32,000 bases of DNA from Moraxella nasicaprae (GCF_025643275.1 NZ_CP089977.1:1890001-1922000); one strand, 5' to 3'; positions 6,985 through 17,305 are shown, numbered from the stretch's first letter. Numbers and translations are program-made. Notes: generated by a model from the letters alone, not told the origin.

Positions 6985-8221
6985 TACGCAAGCATATCAG
7001 GCCAAGCAGCTCATTTTGCTTTGCCAAAAGCAAGGCGATTATCAAAAAGGACTGACCATTGCTCGCCAAGCATTGACGCTGGGCGAGCATCAGGCATTCT
7101 TTTTGTCTGCTGCGGCAACAATGTGTATTCGCCTTGAATATTGGCAGGAGGCGATTGATTATGCTTTACAGGCCATCAAAATTGATTCATCTGACATTAA
7201 CAGTTTTGATGTGCTAGCCCACGCTTATGGAGCGATGCAAGATTGGGGAAATGCTGCTCTTTATGGTAGAGCGGCATTGGAACTAAGGCATCTTAATGTC
7301 TTGCAAAACACCAGTATACCAACTTTACCGCCGTTGCCAGATGGTAATAATAAAAGGAAGAATATCATCAGTTTTTCATTATTTGGTGATAGTTCGGCAT
7401 ATATTGAGCCTGCCATCATGAATGTAGCCTTGGTTGCCGATGTGTATCCTGATTGGCTTTGTCGTTTTTATGTTGATGACTCGGTGCCATCATCTGCCAT
7501 TGATCGATTAACCACTTCTTGTAGCGAAGTTGTTCATGTTCAGGGTAGGGATAGGAGTCTGCCAAAAACAATGTGGCGTTTTTTGGCCATGGATGACAAG
7601 ACGGTAGGTCGTGTCATTTTTCGAGATGCAGATTCGGTCATTTCGGGTAGGGAAGCGACAACTGTTGCTGAATGGATTGATAGCGGTCAAAGATTTCATA
7701 CTATTAGAGATTCTGGTTCGCATACAGAGCTTGTTTTGGCGGGTCTTTGGGGTGCGTTAGCTGGCATGATTCCAAATATCACCCAAAAAATGCATGACTA
7801 CATTGTCAAACATGGCGACGAGGGTCGTTTTGCTGATCAGAATTTTTTAAGGGAAGTGGCGTGGCGATATATTCATCAAGATGTGTATGCCAGCGATAGG
7901 ATTTTTGGTTTTATGAACGCTAAGCCTATTTTGGATACCCATTTTGATTTTTCGCTCACGCACATTGGCTGTAATGAGGGTAGTTCTGTTTTTTGTGCCA
8001 ATAGTGACCAATTTACCACAGGTAAAAAAGTGACATGGAGATTGTATTCTAGTATCAGATTACTACCTGATTTTACTCTACCTGTGCAGGTGGGCGAGGA
8101 GCGTCTGATTTGTGAATACCACACAGTTGCCAAAGATGGTCATGTTAAAGGGCTGATTCCTAGGCGTTATGCTCACGGTATTGACAAAGGGCTAAGTCGC
8201 ATTGAGTTGATTACTACATAG
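6977..8221 (+). CDS. TPR-repeat protein with a C-terminal DXD-motif glycosyltransferase-like domain (function unknown)
   Basis: The start was moved to the ATG at 6977, which overlaps the mscS stop (ATGA), because the track start at 6854 lies inside mscS. The N-terminal approx 130 aa is TPR-like (YQKGLTIARQAL..., WQEAIDYALQAIKIDSSD, DWGNAALYGRAALE). The C-terminal region has FSLFGDSSAYIEPAIMNVALVADVYPDWLCRFYVDD, WRFLAMDD, FRDADS (DXD), LAGLWG and ADQNFL. Confidence 0.6.
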   Translation: MSDTQAYQAKQLILLCQKQGDYQKGLTIARQALTLGEHQAFFLSAAATMCIRLEYWQEAIDYALQAIKIDSSDINSFDVLAHAYGAMQDWGNAALYGRAALELRHLNVLQNTSIPTLPPLPDGNNKRKNIISFSLFGDSSAYIEPAIMNVALVADVYPDWLCRFYVDDSVPSSAIDRLTTSCSEVVHVQGRDRSLPKTMWRFLAMDDKTVGRVIFRDADSVISGREATTVAEWIDSGQRFHTIRDSGSHTELVLAGLWGALAGMIPNITQKMHDYIVKHGDEGRFADQNFLREVAWRYIHQDVYASDRIFGFMNAKPILDTHFDFSLTHIGCNEGSSVFCANSDQFTTGKKVTWRLYSSIRLLPDFTLPVQVGEERLICEYHTVAKDGHVKGLIPRRYAHGIDKGLSRIELITT

Positions 8222-8225
8222 AATA

Positions 8226-8258
8226 AAAGAGGCGGTGATAAAACACCGCCTCTTTATA
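8226..8258. terminator. Bidirectional rho-independent terminator between the convergent TPR gene and sthA
   Basis: The stem is AAAGAGGCGGTG with loop ATAAAA and partner CACCGCCTCTTT, a perfect 12-bp stem. It has A/T tracts on both sides. Confidence 0.85.
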
Positions 8259-9800
8259 TTAAAAAATTCTATTCAAGCCATTTAACGCAGCCACACGATA
8301 GGCTTCTGCCATCGTTGGATAGTTAAAGGTGGTGTTAATGAAATACTCCAAGGTATGACCGCATTTCATCACCGCCTGCCCAATATGGATAATCTCTGAG
8401 GCGTGGTTACCGTAGCAATGAATGCCTAGAATTTCTAGGGTTTCACGGTGGAATAGGATTTTTAGAACACCTGAGCGTTCGCCAATGATTTGAGAACGAG
8501 CCAAATGCTTAAAGAAAGCCTGACCGACTTCATAGGGAATCTGCTCAGCGGTCAGTTCAGCTTCGGTTTTACCAATACTGGAAATTTCAGGAATGGTATA
8601 AATGCCCGTAGGCACGCTGTTGATGAATTCAGCGTCTTCATCACCCACCATAAACCCTGCGGCATTACGACCCTGATCGTAGGCGGCAGAGGCAAGTGAC
8701 GGCCAGCCAATGACATCGCCAACGGCATAAATGTGTGGCACATTGGTGCGATAGGTTTTATCAACTTCCAATTGCCCACGACTATTGGCAGTCAGACCCA
8801 CTGCTTCTAGGTTTAGGCTGTCGGTATTGCCCGTGCGACCATTACACCATAAGATGGCGTCGGATTTGATTTTCTTACCACTTTTTAGGTGTAGGATTAC
8901 ACAATCATCATGCGTTTCTAGATGGTCAATCTCTTCATTATTGCGAATACGCACGCCAAATTGACGAAAATCGTGTGACAATGCGTCTGAGATTTCTTCG
9001 TCCAGATAGCTTAACAATTGTTCTTTGTTGTTAATCAAATCAACCACATAGCCTAATCCTGTAAAGATGGAGGCGTATTCGCAACCAATCACGCCAGCAC
9101 CATAAATGATGATGCGGCGAGCCAGATAATCCATCTGCAAAATCTTGTCAGAATCAAAGACTCGTGGGTGGTCAAAGTCCAAAATATCAGGACGATAAGG
9201 GCGAGAACCAACAGCGATGACCGCTTGATTAAAAGTGATGGTTTTGGTTGGTTCACCATCGTCAGTGGTGATTTCTAGCGTATGAGCATCAACAAAACTG
9301 CCCCAGCCGTGAATGACCTCGATTTGGTTGCGTTCATAGAACAAGCGATGGGTATTGACTTGCTGGCGAATCACTTGTCTGGCACGGTCAAGCACTTTGC
9401 TTAGCGGCACTTGATAACTGTCTTTAACTTGGTTAAATAGTGGGTCTCGGCGAAAGTTGATGACATTAAAGACCGACTGACGCAGTGCTTTGCTTGGAAT
9501 TGTGCCAACATGAGCTGAGTTACCACCCACCTGATTTCTAGGGTCAATCACAACCACACGATAACCTGACTTGGCAAGTTTCATTGCTGCTGCTTCGCCA
9601 GCAGGGCCTGCACCCAGTACCACTGCATCATATTCATAACCGTGTCTGTCTTTTTCACGATGCGTTCTTAGACCGATGCGTCTGCCGTCCAATGGGCTGA
9701 TGAGATTTGGATGTAGTACGGTCGATTCGATTGGTTCAAAAGTCTGTGCCATCGTACCGTGCTTGTCTTGTTCGGTGCTATTTTTGCGTCTTTTTGCCAT
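8259..9800 (-). CDS. sthA: Soluble pyridine nucleotide transhydrogenase (Si-specific NAD(P)+ transhydrogenase) with an approx 50-aa N-terminal extension
   Basis: It has an FAD motif ([23 protein letters not shown]) and an NAD motif ([15 protein letters not shown]). The C-terminus is SthA-like ([22 protein letters not shown]). An SD (AAGGA) lies 6 nt upstream of the ATG at 9800. Confidence 0.88.
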   Translation of the reverse strand: MAKRRKNSTEQDKHGTMAQTFEPIESTVLHPNLISPLDGRRIGLRTHREKDRHGYEYDAVVLGAGPAGEAAAMKLAKSGYRVVVIDPRNQVGGNSAHVGTIPSKALRQSVFNVINFRRDPLFNQVKDSYQVPLSKVLDRARQVIRQQVNTHRLFYERNQIEVIHGWGSFVDAHTLEITTDDGEPTKTITFNQAVIAVGSRPYRPDILDFDHPRVFDSDKILQMDYLARRIIIYGAGVIGCEYASIFTGLGYVVDLINNKEQLLSYLDEEISDALSHDFRQFGVRIRNNEEIDHLETHDDCVILHLKSGKKIKSDAILWCNGRTGNTDSLNLEAVGLTANSRGQLEVDKTYRTNVPHIYAVGDVIGWPSLASAAYDQGRNAAGFMVGDEDAEFINSVPTGIYTIPEISSIGKTEAELTAEQIPYEVGQAFFKHLARSQIIGERSGVLKILFHRETLEILGIHCYGNHASEIIHIGQAVMKCGHTLEYFINTTFNYPTMAEAYRVAALNGLNRIF

Positions 9801-9815
9801 GGAATTTCCTTATGA

Positions 9816-10190
9816 TTAGCGAGAGGTGTGTTGAGATAGGACTTCTTGTAATTGCCAAAATCCTGTGGGGCGACCTGTATTTTGGTCGATTTCTTGGCTG
9901 GCTTTGATTTTATAACCAACCCCAGTTTTTGGCTCAAAACCCTTGATGCTGTTGTAGCCAATACCAAAAATTGCCGACAAATCATCTTGTGAACGCACCA
10001 GCAGACATTGCATTGGTGTGGCAGAATCACAAGAGGCTCTTTGGGGGAGGATTTCTAAAATTTGTGGTTCGTGCAGTGTGATTTGAGGGGTGTAAATGGG
10101 AGCTGGCGTGGGCGTGCTTTGGCAGGCGGTCAAAGTCATGCCAACGGTCATCAGCATACCAACAGCCATTGCTTGTGTGAATTTTTTCAT
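9816..10190 (-). CDS. Lipoprotein, DUF4377-like
   Basis: It has a signal peptide plus lipobox (MLMTVGMTLTAC). The pattern PMQCLLVRS....I.GFEPKTGVGYKIK resembles DUF4377. Confidence 0.65.
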   Translation of the reverse strand: MKKFTQAMAVGMLMTVGMTLTACQSTPTPAPIYTPQITLHEPQILEILPQRASCDSATPMQCLLVRSQDDLSAIFGIGYNSIKGFEPKTGVGYKIKASQEIDQNTGRPTGFWQLQEVLSQHTSR

Positions 10191-10214
10191 AACATGATTA
10201 CCTGATTTATCAAA

Positions 10215-11090
10215 TCAACCAATGCGGCGTTTTAGCCCTGTCATCTGCAAAATGCGAGTGGCGATTTCTTCCACTGACATTTCTGAGACATTGAGATTGG
10301 GGATTTTTTGGGCGATATAAATCGCTTGGATTGCTCGTTGTTCTTCTTGGCATTGAGCAAGGCTGGCATAGCGACTGCCTGCTTTTCGCTCTTGGCGAAT
10401 ACGCACCAAGCGTTCTGTATCAATGGTAAGACCAAATAGTTTATGCTTATGTGCTTTTAGGGCAGGGGGCAGACTGCTGGTGTCTAAATCTTCTTCGGTC
10501 AAAGGATAGTTGGCGGCACGAATGCCATATTGTAATGCCAAATACAAAGAAGTGGGGGTTTTGCCAGAACGAGACAATCCCACCAAAATGATGTCTGCTC
10601 CGTCATAGTGTGTGGTTCTTGCACCATCATCATTATCTAGGGCAAAATGCACCGCATCAATTCTGGATTTGTAGTCGTCAGAATCCACTTTGCTGTGAGC
10701 AATGCCTGCGTGTGGGTCGGGCTTGTGGTTGATTTCATCAGCGATGCGAGTAATTAAACCCTCATAAATATCAAGGTTGCAGGCATCGGCTGAATTGATG
10801 ATTTCACGAATGTGGTCGCTGACAATGGTGTCAAAGACCAGCGGTCTTAATCCTGTCAAATGATGTGCTTGATTGATACGCTTAACGGCTTCATAAGCAC
10901 TTTCTGGCGTATCAACATAAGGAATGATTTGAATGTCAAATTCCACATCGCCAAACTGGCTTAATAGTGATTTGCCCAAAGTCTCAGCAGTAATGGCAGT
11001 GCCGTCAGAGATAAAAAATGCACTACGCATCACAGGCTTGTCAGCAGATGGGAGAGAGTTACTGGTATCGGTTGGGGTATGGACATACAT
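10215..11090 (-). CDS. ppsR: PEP synthase regulatory protein (pyruvate, water dikinase kinase/pyrophosphorylase, DUF299)
   Basis: It contains FFISDGTAITAETLGKSLLSQF and the P-loop GLSRSGKTPTSLYLA. It is divergent from ppsA, as in other gammaproteobacteria. The true start may be the internal Met at about 11030 (MRSAFFISDG). Confidence 0.9.
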   Translation of the reverse strand: MYVHTPTDTSNSLPSADKPVMRSAFFISDGTAITAETLGKSLLSQFGDVEFDIQIIPYVDTPESAYEAVKRINQAHHLTGLRPLVFDTIVSDHIREIINSADACNLDIYEGLITRIADEINHKPDPHAGIAHSKVDSDDYKSRIDAVHFALDNDDGARTTHYDGADIILVGLSRSGKTPTSLYLALQYGIRAANYPLTEEDLDTSSLPPALKAHKHKLFGLTIDTERLVRIRQERKAGSRYASLAQCQEEQRAIQAIYIAQKIPNLNVSEMSVEEIATRILQMTGLKRRIG

Positions 11091-11317
11091 GTCAATTCTT
11101 CTTCTGATTGGGTTTGGTCAAAATAAAAATATGGGTCGGTCTTTGCCGATAGCGATTTGATTTTTGATTATAGCATAAAATCGCCCTTTGGGTACAAATC
11201 ATCTCATTAGACGATGATTTATTGAGTTTGGATGAATAAAAAATGAACAAGAATGGTTTGTATATATTTTTAAAATAAATGGTATCATTTTTTTGATAAA
11301 TAAAAACAGCTAATGGA

Positions 11318-11346
11318 TTGTGTATTGATAATTTTATCGCTATAAT
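11318..11346 (+). promoter_or_regulatory. Putative sigma70 promoter of ppsA
   Basis: TTGTGT (11318-11323), 17-nt spacer, TATAAT (11341-11346). It lies about 60 nt upstream of the ppsA ATG. Confidence 0.4.
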
Positions 11347-11409
11347 CAGACAAAATCCCAAACACCAATCTATGGTTTGGTGAATAAATAAGACGATTCG
11401 GAGTGATTT

Positions 11410-13773
11410 ATGAGTAAACAAGTCATTGCTTTTACACAGCTTGGTAAGCACGATGTTGAGATTGTCGGTGGTAAAAACGCTTCTTTGGGCGAAATGATTA
11501 GTCATTTGGGCAATTTGGGCGTGAATGTGCCTAATGGTTTTGCAACCACTGCCGATGCTTTTAATCGCTTTTTGAATGAAACGGGTTTGCTGGATAAGAT
11601 TAACAGCGAACTAAAAGGTCTTGATGTTAATGATGTTGAAAAACTTGCCGAAGTTGGTGCTAAGGTGCGTGGTTGGGTCATCGCCCAAGAGTTGCCAAAA
11701 GATTTGGAAGATGAGATTCGTGCTGCGTTTGCTGACTTGACTGGTGGTCAAGATGTGGCGGTGGCGGTGCGTTCATCAGCAACGGCTGAGGATTTGCCTG
11801 ATGCCTCTTTTGCAGGACAACAAGAAACCTTCCTAAATATTCGTGGCATTGATAATGTGCTGATTGCCATCAAGGAAGTGTTTGCCAGTCTGTATAATGA
11901 CCGTGCGATTGCTTATCGTGTGCATAAAGGCTTTGAACATGCAGGTGTGGCACTATCAGCTGGCGTGCAGCGTATGGTACGCTCTGAAACTGGTACCTCT
12001 GGGGTGATGTTTACGCTAGATACCGAGAGTGGCTTTAACGATGTGGTGTTTATCACCGCAAGCTATGGCTTGGGCGAGATGGTGGTACAAGGGGCGGTCA
12101 ATCCTGATGAGTTTTATTTGTCCAAGAAATTGATTGAGCAAAATCGCCCTGCGGTGGTTCGCCGTAATCTTGGTTCAAAAATGAAAAAGATGGTCTATGG
12201 CGATGAGGGTAATACCAAGCGTTCGACCAAGATTGTTGATGTTGAAAAAGCAGACCGTCAACAGTTTGCCTTAACTTCTGATGAATTGACCATTCTTGCC
12301 AAACAAGCCATCATCATTGAAAAACATTATGGTTGCCCAATGGACATCGAATGGGCAAAAGATGGCGATACAGGCGAAATCTTTATCGTACAAGCTCGCC
12401 CAGAGACCGTCAAATCTCGCCAAGATAAAAATCACATGGAACGCTATGTCATCCAATCCAAAGGGGCAAAAGTGCTAACCGAAGGTCGCTCTATTGGACA
12501 AAAAATTGGCTCTGGCAAGGTTCGTATCGTTACAAACCTGAACGAAATGGGCAAGGTAGAAGAGGGTGATGTGCTGGTGTCAGACATGACCGACCCTGAT
12601 TGGGAACCTGTCATGAAACGAGCTTCTGCCATCATTACCAACCGTGGTGGTCGTACTTGCCATGCAGCAATCATTGCTCGTGAGCTTGGTGTGCCTGCGA
12701 TTGTTGGCTGTGGTAATGCCACCGAAGTATTGACCGATGGTCAAGAGGTAACGGTCTCTTGTGCCGAAGGGGATACAGGCTTCATCTATGAAGGCGTGCT
12801 AAACTACGAAGTTCAAAAAAATTCCATCAGTACAATGCCAGAGCTTGCCTTTAAGATTATGATGAATGTGGGCAACCCTGACCGTGCTTTTGACTTTGCC
12901 CAAATTCCAAATCAGGGAGTAGGCTTGGCTCGTCTTGAATTCATCATCAATCGCATGATTGGCGTACACCCAAAAGCTCTATTAAATTTAGGCAGTTTGC
13001 CACAAGAAACTGTCTTGGCAATCCAAGAACGCATGGCTGGCTATAACTCGCCTGTGGAATTTTATATCAATAAGCTGATTGAGGGTATTTCCACACTGGC
13101 GACAGCGTTTTATGATAAACCTGTCATCGTGCGTATGAGTGACTTTAAATCTAACGAGTATGCCAATCTGATTGGTGGTAAACTGTATGAGCCACACGAA
13201 GAAAACCCAATGCTGGGCTTTCGTGGGGCAAGTCGCTACATTTCTGAGAATTTCCGTGATTGCTTCGAGCTTGAATGCAAGGCATTAAAATATGTGCGTG
13301 ATGACATGGGCTTGACCAATGTCAAAATCATGATTCCGTTCGTGCGTACCACTGGCGAGGCGAAAGCGGTCATCGAGCTTTTGGAGAAAAATGGCTTAAA
13401 GCGTGGTCAAAATGGACTAGAAATCATCATGATGTGCGAGTTGCCAACCAATGCACTGCTTGCTGATGAATTCTTGGAATATTTTGATGGCTTCTCAATC
13501 GGTTCAAACGACCTAACGCAATTAACACTGGGGCTTGACCGTGACAGTGGCATCGTCTCTCATCTATTTGATGAGCGAGATGCGGCGGTTAAAAAACTCT
13601 TGGGTATGGCGATTGAGGCATGCCGTAAGCAAGGCAAGTATGTTGGTATCTGTGGTCAAGGGCCGTCCGACCATCCTGACCTTGCCAAATGGCTCATGGA
13701 GCAAGGCATTTCATCAGTTTCCCTAAACCCTGATAGCGTGCTGGATACTTGGCTATTCTTGGGTCAGGCATGA
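11410..13773 (+). CDS. ppsA: Phosphoenolpyruvate synthase (pyruvate, water dikinase)
   Basis: The product is 787 aa. It has the N-terminal ATP-grasp region ([11 protein letters not shown]), the phosphohistidine motif ([24 protein letters not shown]) and the C-terminal PEP-utilising domain ([14 protein letters not shown]). An SD (GGAG) lies 7 nt upstream. Confidence 0.96.
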   Translation: MSKQVIAFTQLGKHDVEIVGGKNASLGEMISHLGNLGVNVPNGFATTADAFNRFLNETGLLDKINSELKGLDVNDVEKLAEVGAKVRGWVIAQELPKDLEDEIRAAFADLTGGQDVAVAVRSSATAEDLPDASFAGQQETFLNIRGIDNVLIAIKEVFASLYNDRAIAYRVHKGFEHAGVALSAGVQRMVRSETGTSGVMFTLDTESGFNDVVFITASYGLGEMVVQGAVNPDEFYLSKKLIEQNRPAVVRRNLGSKMKKMVYGDEGNTKRSTKIVDVEKADRQQFALTSDELTILAKQAIIIEKHYGCPMDIEWAKDGDTGEIFIVQARPETVKSRQDKNHMERYVIQSKGAKVLTEGRSIGQKIGSGKVRIVTNLNEMGKVEEGDVLVSDMTDPDWEPVMKRASAIITNRGGRTCHAAIIARELGVPAIVGCGNATEVLTDGQEVTVSCAEGDTGFIYEGVLNYEVQKNSISTMPELAFKIMMNVGNPDRAFDFAQIPNQGVGLARLEFIINRMIGVHPKALLNLGSLPQETVLAIQERMAGYNSPVEFYINKLIEGISTLATAFYDKPVIVRMSDFKSNEYANLIGGKLYEPHEENPMLGFRGASRYISENFRDCFELECKALKYVRDDMGLTNVKIMIPFVRTTGEAKAVIELLEKNGLKRGQNGLEIIMMCELPTNALLADEFLEYFDGFSIGSNDLTQLTLGLDRDSGIVSHLFDERDAAVKKLLGMAIEACRKQGKYVGICGQGPSDHPDLAKWLMEQGISSVSLNPDSVLDTWLFLGQA

Positions 13774-13782
13774 TTGACAAAT

Positions 13783-13818
13783 AAAAGGGTTAAGCAATTA
13801 GCCCTTTTATTTTTTTTT
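13783..13818 (+). terminator. Rho-independent terminator of ppsA
   Basis: AAAAGGGTTAA-GCAA-TTAGCCCTTTT forms an 11-bp stem with a GNRA-type loop. A run of about 9 T follows. Confidence 0.85.
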
Positions 13819-13885
13819 AACAATCCTCTTGCCATAAAAATACTGATTTTGTAGAATGAATGGTGGTATTGATATTGGAGTTGGT

Positions 13886-14293
13886 ATGAAAACATTGACT
13901 AAATTTTTGGCAGTTGCTGGCTTTTTGCCACTGAGTGCATTGGCGGTTGAATTTCAAAGTCCATCTGGCAACATTCTTTGTAGTGGCGATGAATATGAGT
14001 TAGGATATGTTTCTTGTTTCATCATGGAAACCGATAATGCCAGACCGCCAATCCCACGACCAAGTAGCTGTGATGCTGACTGGGGACAAGATTTTGGCTT
14101 AAATCGCACAGGCAGAGCCCATATGAATTGTTATAGCGATTTTCCTTATAATCAGGGTGCAAGAGTTTTAGCGTATGGACAAAGCGTCTCTGGCAAGGGC
14201 TGGACTTGCACCAGTCAGCAATCAGGAATGCGATGCACCAATAAAGATGGCAGGGGATTTTTGCTAAGTCGTAAAAAACAGACTTTGTTTTAA
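13886..14293 (+). CDS. Secreted cysteine-rich hypothetical protein (6 Cys)
   Basis: The start was moved to the ATG at 13886, which has an SD (GGAG) 7 nt upstream. It has a signal peptide (MKTLTKFLAVAGFLPLSALA). Six cysteines are spaced through the mature part. It is a monocistronic unit flanked by two strong terminators. Confidence 0.6.
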   Translation: MKTLTKFLAVAGFLPLSALAVEFQSPSGNILCSGDEYELGYVSCFIMETDNARPPIPRPSSCDADWGQDFGLNRTGRAHMNCYSDFPYNQGARVLAYGQSVSGKGWTCTSQQSGMRCTNKDGRGFLLSRKKQTLF

Positions 14294-14308
14294 GAGCAAA
14301 CTGATAAT

Positions 14309-14349
14309 CATACAAAAGAGGCGGTATTTATTAGCCTCTTTTTTGTATG
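14309..14349 (+). terminator. Rho-independent terminator
   Basis: CATACAAAAGAGGC with loop GGTATTTATTA and partner GCCTCTTTTTTGTATG forms a long stem with an embedded T-tract. Confidence 0.8.
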
Positions 14350-14504
14350 ACCGTCCATTTTGCCAGACGATTGTTCATGGCTCATGATGAGCTTAGGAAG
14401 TCAAAAACATCGTTATATTTTAGATAAAATTTCTTTTTGTCAAATCATCATTATCAAGACTGATGACAACAAGGATTGTTTTGAGTTAATTTAGGGATTT
14501 ATCA

Positions 14505-15641
14505 TTGAAAAACTTCATCATCTACACCTTATTATCCTCCTTTGCTATTGGCTCATTTGCCATCATTGATACGCTGTTTTATTTAAAAATGGGGCTGGAT
14601 TGGCATATGATTGCCCTGCTGTCATCAATTTTAAATATCACGGTGTTAATCGCTGAATTACCCACAGGGATATTAGCCGATAGAGTGGGTGTGTTTAAAA
14701 GCGTGATGATTGGCACGCTGCTTAGAGCAGCTGCGTGTTTTTGTTATGTGGTGGATTTCTCTTATCATTTTTATGTTGCCAGTATCTTGGCGGGGGTTGG
14801 TATTGCCTTTTTGTCGGGGTCAATTAACGCCAGTATCATTAAGCTCAAACAAACCCTCAAAGATGATGCCAAAAACATCAGTACCGAAAAACTATTTGCT
14901 AATATTCGTTATTATAAAAGTATGGCAACTTTATTGGGCGGTGTGGTTGGATTTTATTTGTTTCAGATACAGATTGCCTATGCGTGGGTATTGGCAGGGG
15001 TATTTTTGCTAATTTCTGCATTCTTTTTAGTTCCTTTAATTAAGGCATTTAATTTTAACAACAGCAATACTACCACCACTTTATTATCTTTTGGTGAAAT
15101 ATCGTGGCATTATGTAAAAACACCAATCTTTTGGGCGTGTGTGTTGTTTAGTGTTTCTGCGGTTGCTCCCATGCTAAGCTGGCAAGTGTTGTTTCATGAG
15201 TTTAATAACGGACTGCTGTTGGGATTTTTGTTGTTAAATACCGCAATATTATTGTCTTCAATTTGGCTAAAAAAATATACCATTCGACCAGCTGTTGAAT
15301 ATGGGGTCATCATTCTTAATTTAATCGCTTTATTTTTCATGCCTTTATTGAGAGATAACATCATTATGTTAGCGTTGTTGTTATTTTTTCATGTATTTTG
15401 CCACAGTGCCAGCAGCACCTTTATCTTTGCCAAGTTTCATGACCAAATTGATGATAAACACAGAAACAGTCTGGAATCTTTATCGTCAGCATTGGACGGT
15501 GTTTTGTTGATGCCTATTTATGCGATAACGGCTTATTTTCTCAATCAAGGTAATCAGTTTTTGGCATTTATGCCGTCGGTCATCATTGGTGGTTTGGTGT
15601 TGGTTTTGTATGTGGTCAGCCATCAACGGCGTGTGGTATAA
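14505..15641 (+). CDS. MFS transporter (substrate unknown)
   Basis: There are roughly 10-12 hydrophobic spans. An MFS motif-A-like GILADRVGVFKS follows TM2. The start is the TTG given by the track, with AGGGA 8 nt upstream. Confidence 0.75.
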   Translation: MKNFIIYTLLSSFAIGSFAIIDTLFYLKMGLDWHMIALLSSILNITVLIAELPTGILADRVGVFKSVMIGTLLRAAACFCYVVDFSYHFYVASILAGVGIAFLSGSINASIIKLKQTLKDDAKNISTEKLFANIRYYKSMATLLGGVVGFYLFQIQIAYAWVLAGVFLLISAFFLVPLIKAFNFNNSNTTTTLLSFGEISWHYVKTPIFWACVLFSVSAVAPMLSWQVLFHEFNNGLLLGFLLLNTAILLSSIWLKKYTIRPAVEYGVIILNLIALFFMPLLRDNIIMLALLLFFHVFCHSASSTFIFAKFHDQIDDKHRNSLESLSSALDGVLLMPIYAITAYFLNQGNQFLAFMPSVIIGGLVLVLYVVSHQRRVV

Positions 15642-15708
15642 ATTTTCATTGTGCTTTTGGGAGTTTTGGTTTAAGATAGGAAAAATTTTTTTTAATGATT
15701 GTATTAGA

Positions 15709-16587
15709 ATGCAAATTTATTTAGCAAGAAATGGCGTGCAAGCAGGGCCATACAACTTAGATGAAGTAAACACAATGCTATCAACAGGCGAGGTATTGCT
15801 TGATGATTTGGTATGGCATAGCGGTATGAGCCAATGGCAACGCTTGGGCGATTTGACAAATAATCAGCCCTATTACCAGCCAAATAAAGCAGCTGCCACA
15901 CCATCTACACCAAGGGCATTTGGTGATAATCCAGAATTTCGCCCAGAACCAAAGCGTGTTTCGGTGGCTGAGTTGTATGGCAAAGCACCCACACAAAGCC
16001 AGCCTCCTCATGCTGGTTTGGCATCAAAAACTGCCAAGCAGGCTACTCAGGATACTTTGGTTTATGCCACTATTGGTGCTAGATTTTTGGCGGTGGTACT
16101 TAATGTGGCGTTGTTTGTATTGGCGTTAATGCCATTTACGCAAGCATTTTGGGCATTAAATCCCGACCCAAAACGACTACAAGCAGGCGATGTGCAGGCA
16201 TTGATGGCGTATTCTGAGGAATTAGCCAGTCAGATTCCTCCCGATGTGGCGGGACTGACCAGTTTGCTGTTATTGGGCTATTTATTGATACAGCTATTGC
16301 TCATCGTGGTGCGTGGTCAATCGTTGGGCAAATTGATTGTTGGCATTCGCACGCTGGACGCAACAACACGCAGTAAGCCATCGTTCATTAAAAAACTGAT
16401 GCGTGTCTTGGCGTTGTCTGTGATTTATCTGTTGGCGATGGGCATACCATTGCCTGTGAACATTACCTTAGTCTTGCTTGCCATCAATTATTTCATGGCA
16501 TCAAATCATCCACAAAAACGAGGCTGGCATGATTTGTTATTTGGTACGATTGTGGTAAAAAGCTCATCAATAAAAAATAAAAAATAA
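15709..16587 (+). CDS. GYF_2 (DUF4339) domain plus RDD-family membrane protein
   Basis: The start was moved to the ATG at 15709, because the track start at 15586 overlaps the MFS gene. The N-terminus (IYLARNGVQAGPYNLDEVNTMLSTGEVLLDDLVWHSGMSQWQRLGDL) is GYF_2-like. The C-terminal TM region ends in RGWHDLLFGTIVV, typical of RDD proteins. Confidence 0.7.
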   Translation: MQIYLARNGVQAGPYNLDEVNTMLSTGEVLLDDLVWHSGMSQWQRLGDLTNNQPYYQPNKAAATPSTPRAFGDNPEFRPEPKRVSVAELYGKAPTQSQPPHAGLASKTAKQATQDTLVYATIGARFLAVVLNVALFVLALMPFTQAFWALNPDPKRLQAGDVQALMAYSEELASQIPPDVAGLTSLLLLGYLLIQLLLIVVRGQSLGKLIVGIRTLDATTRSKPSFIKKLMRVLALSVIYLLAMGIPLPVNITLVLLAINYFMASNHPQKRGWHDLLFGTIVVKSSSIKNKK

Positions 16588-16591
16588 ACTC

Positions 16592-17305
16592 ATGTATTTT
16601 AGCGAACAACAACAAGCCATATTGCAAAAAGTCCAGCTACCAGATGATTGGAAGATGGCGTTGGCACCTGCATTATTGAGTGATGAGATGAATGCGTTGC
16701 GTGGATTTTTGCAAGAGCAATACGCACAAGGCAAGGTAATTTTTCCGCCAAAATCGCAGATTTTTCAGGCTTTTTATTTGACACCTTTGTCGCAAGTGAA
16801 AGTGGTGATATTAGGGCAAGACCCTTATCATGGTGCAGGACAGGCGATGGGGCTGTCATTTAGCGTGCCAAAAATTATTCCTAAGCCACCAAGTTTGCAA
16901 AATATTCTCAAAGAGCTGGCTGGGGATTTGGGCATTGCTGTCAGTGAGCATGGCGATTTGAGCAGCTGGGCAAGGCAGGGTGTTCTGCTGCTTAATGCAA
17001 CTTTGACGGTTGAGATGGGGCAAGCAGGCAGCCATCAAAGACAGGGCTGGGAGGTGTTTACCGACCGTGTGATTCAGGTGCTAAATGAACAAACCAGCCA
17101 GACGGTTTTTATACTTTGGGGCAGTTATGCCAAGCATAAAGGACGGTTTATCGACACCAGTAAGCATTTGGTTTTGACCGCCAATCACCCATCGCCTTTA
17201 TCGGCAAATCGGGGCGGATTTTTTGGGAGCAGACCTTTTTCGAAGACCAATCAATACCTGATGTCGTGTGGCAAGACACCGATTGATTGGCAGTTGCCAC
17301 AGTGA
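16592..17305 (+). CDS. ung: Uracil-DNA glycosylase
   Basis: It has the family-1 UDG motifs VVILGQDPYHG, GVLLLN and ANHPSPLSA. Confidence 0.95.
   Translation: MYFSEQQQAILQKVQLPDDWKMALAPALLSDEMNALRGFLQEQYAQGKVIFPPKSQIFQAFYLTPLSQVKVVILGQDPYHGAGQAMGLSFSVPKIIPKPPSLQNILKELAGDLGIAVSEHGDLSSWARQGVLLLNATLTVEMGQAGSHQRQGWEVFTDRVIQVLNEQTSQTVFILWGSYAKHKGRFIDTSKHLVLTANHPSPLSANRGGFFGSRPFSKTNQYLMSCGKTPIDWQLPQ

Noticed and set aside
11092-11505. A 137-aa minus-strand ORF spanning the ppsR-ppsA intergenic region.
   Set aside because: It runs through the AT-rich divergent promoter region and into the ppsA 5' end. Its translation is Ile/Phe/Asn/Lys-rich junk typical of AT-rich non-coding DNA, and it has no SD.
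14350-14366. A partial match (ACCGTCCAT, then 13 of 17 identities) to the repeated terminator sequence, just after another terminator.
   Set aside because: It is too short and degenerate to separate from chance in 32 kb. I note it only because it could hint that the hairpin belongs to a dispersed repeat family, which would weaken the cassette-insertion reading.
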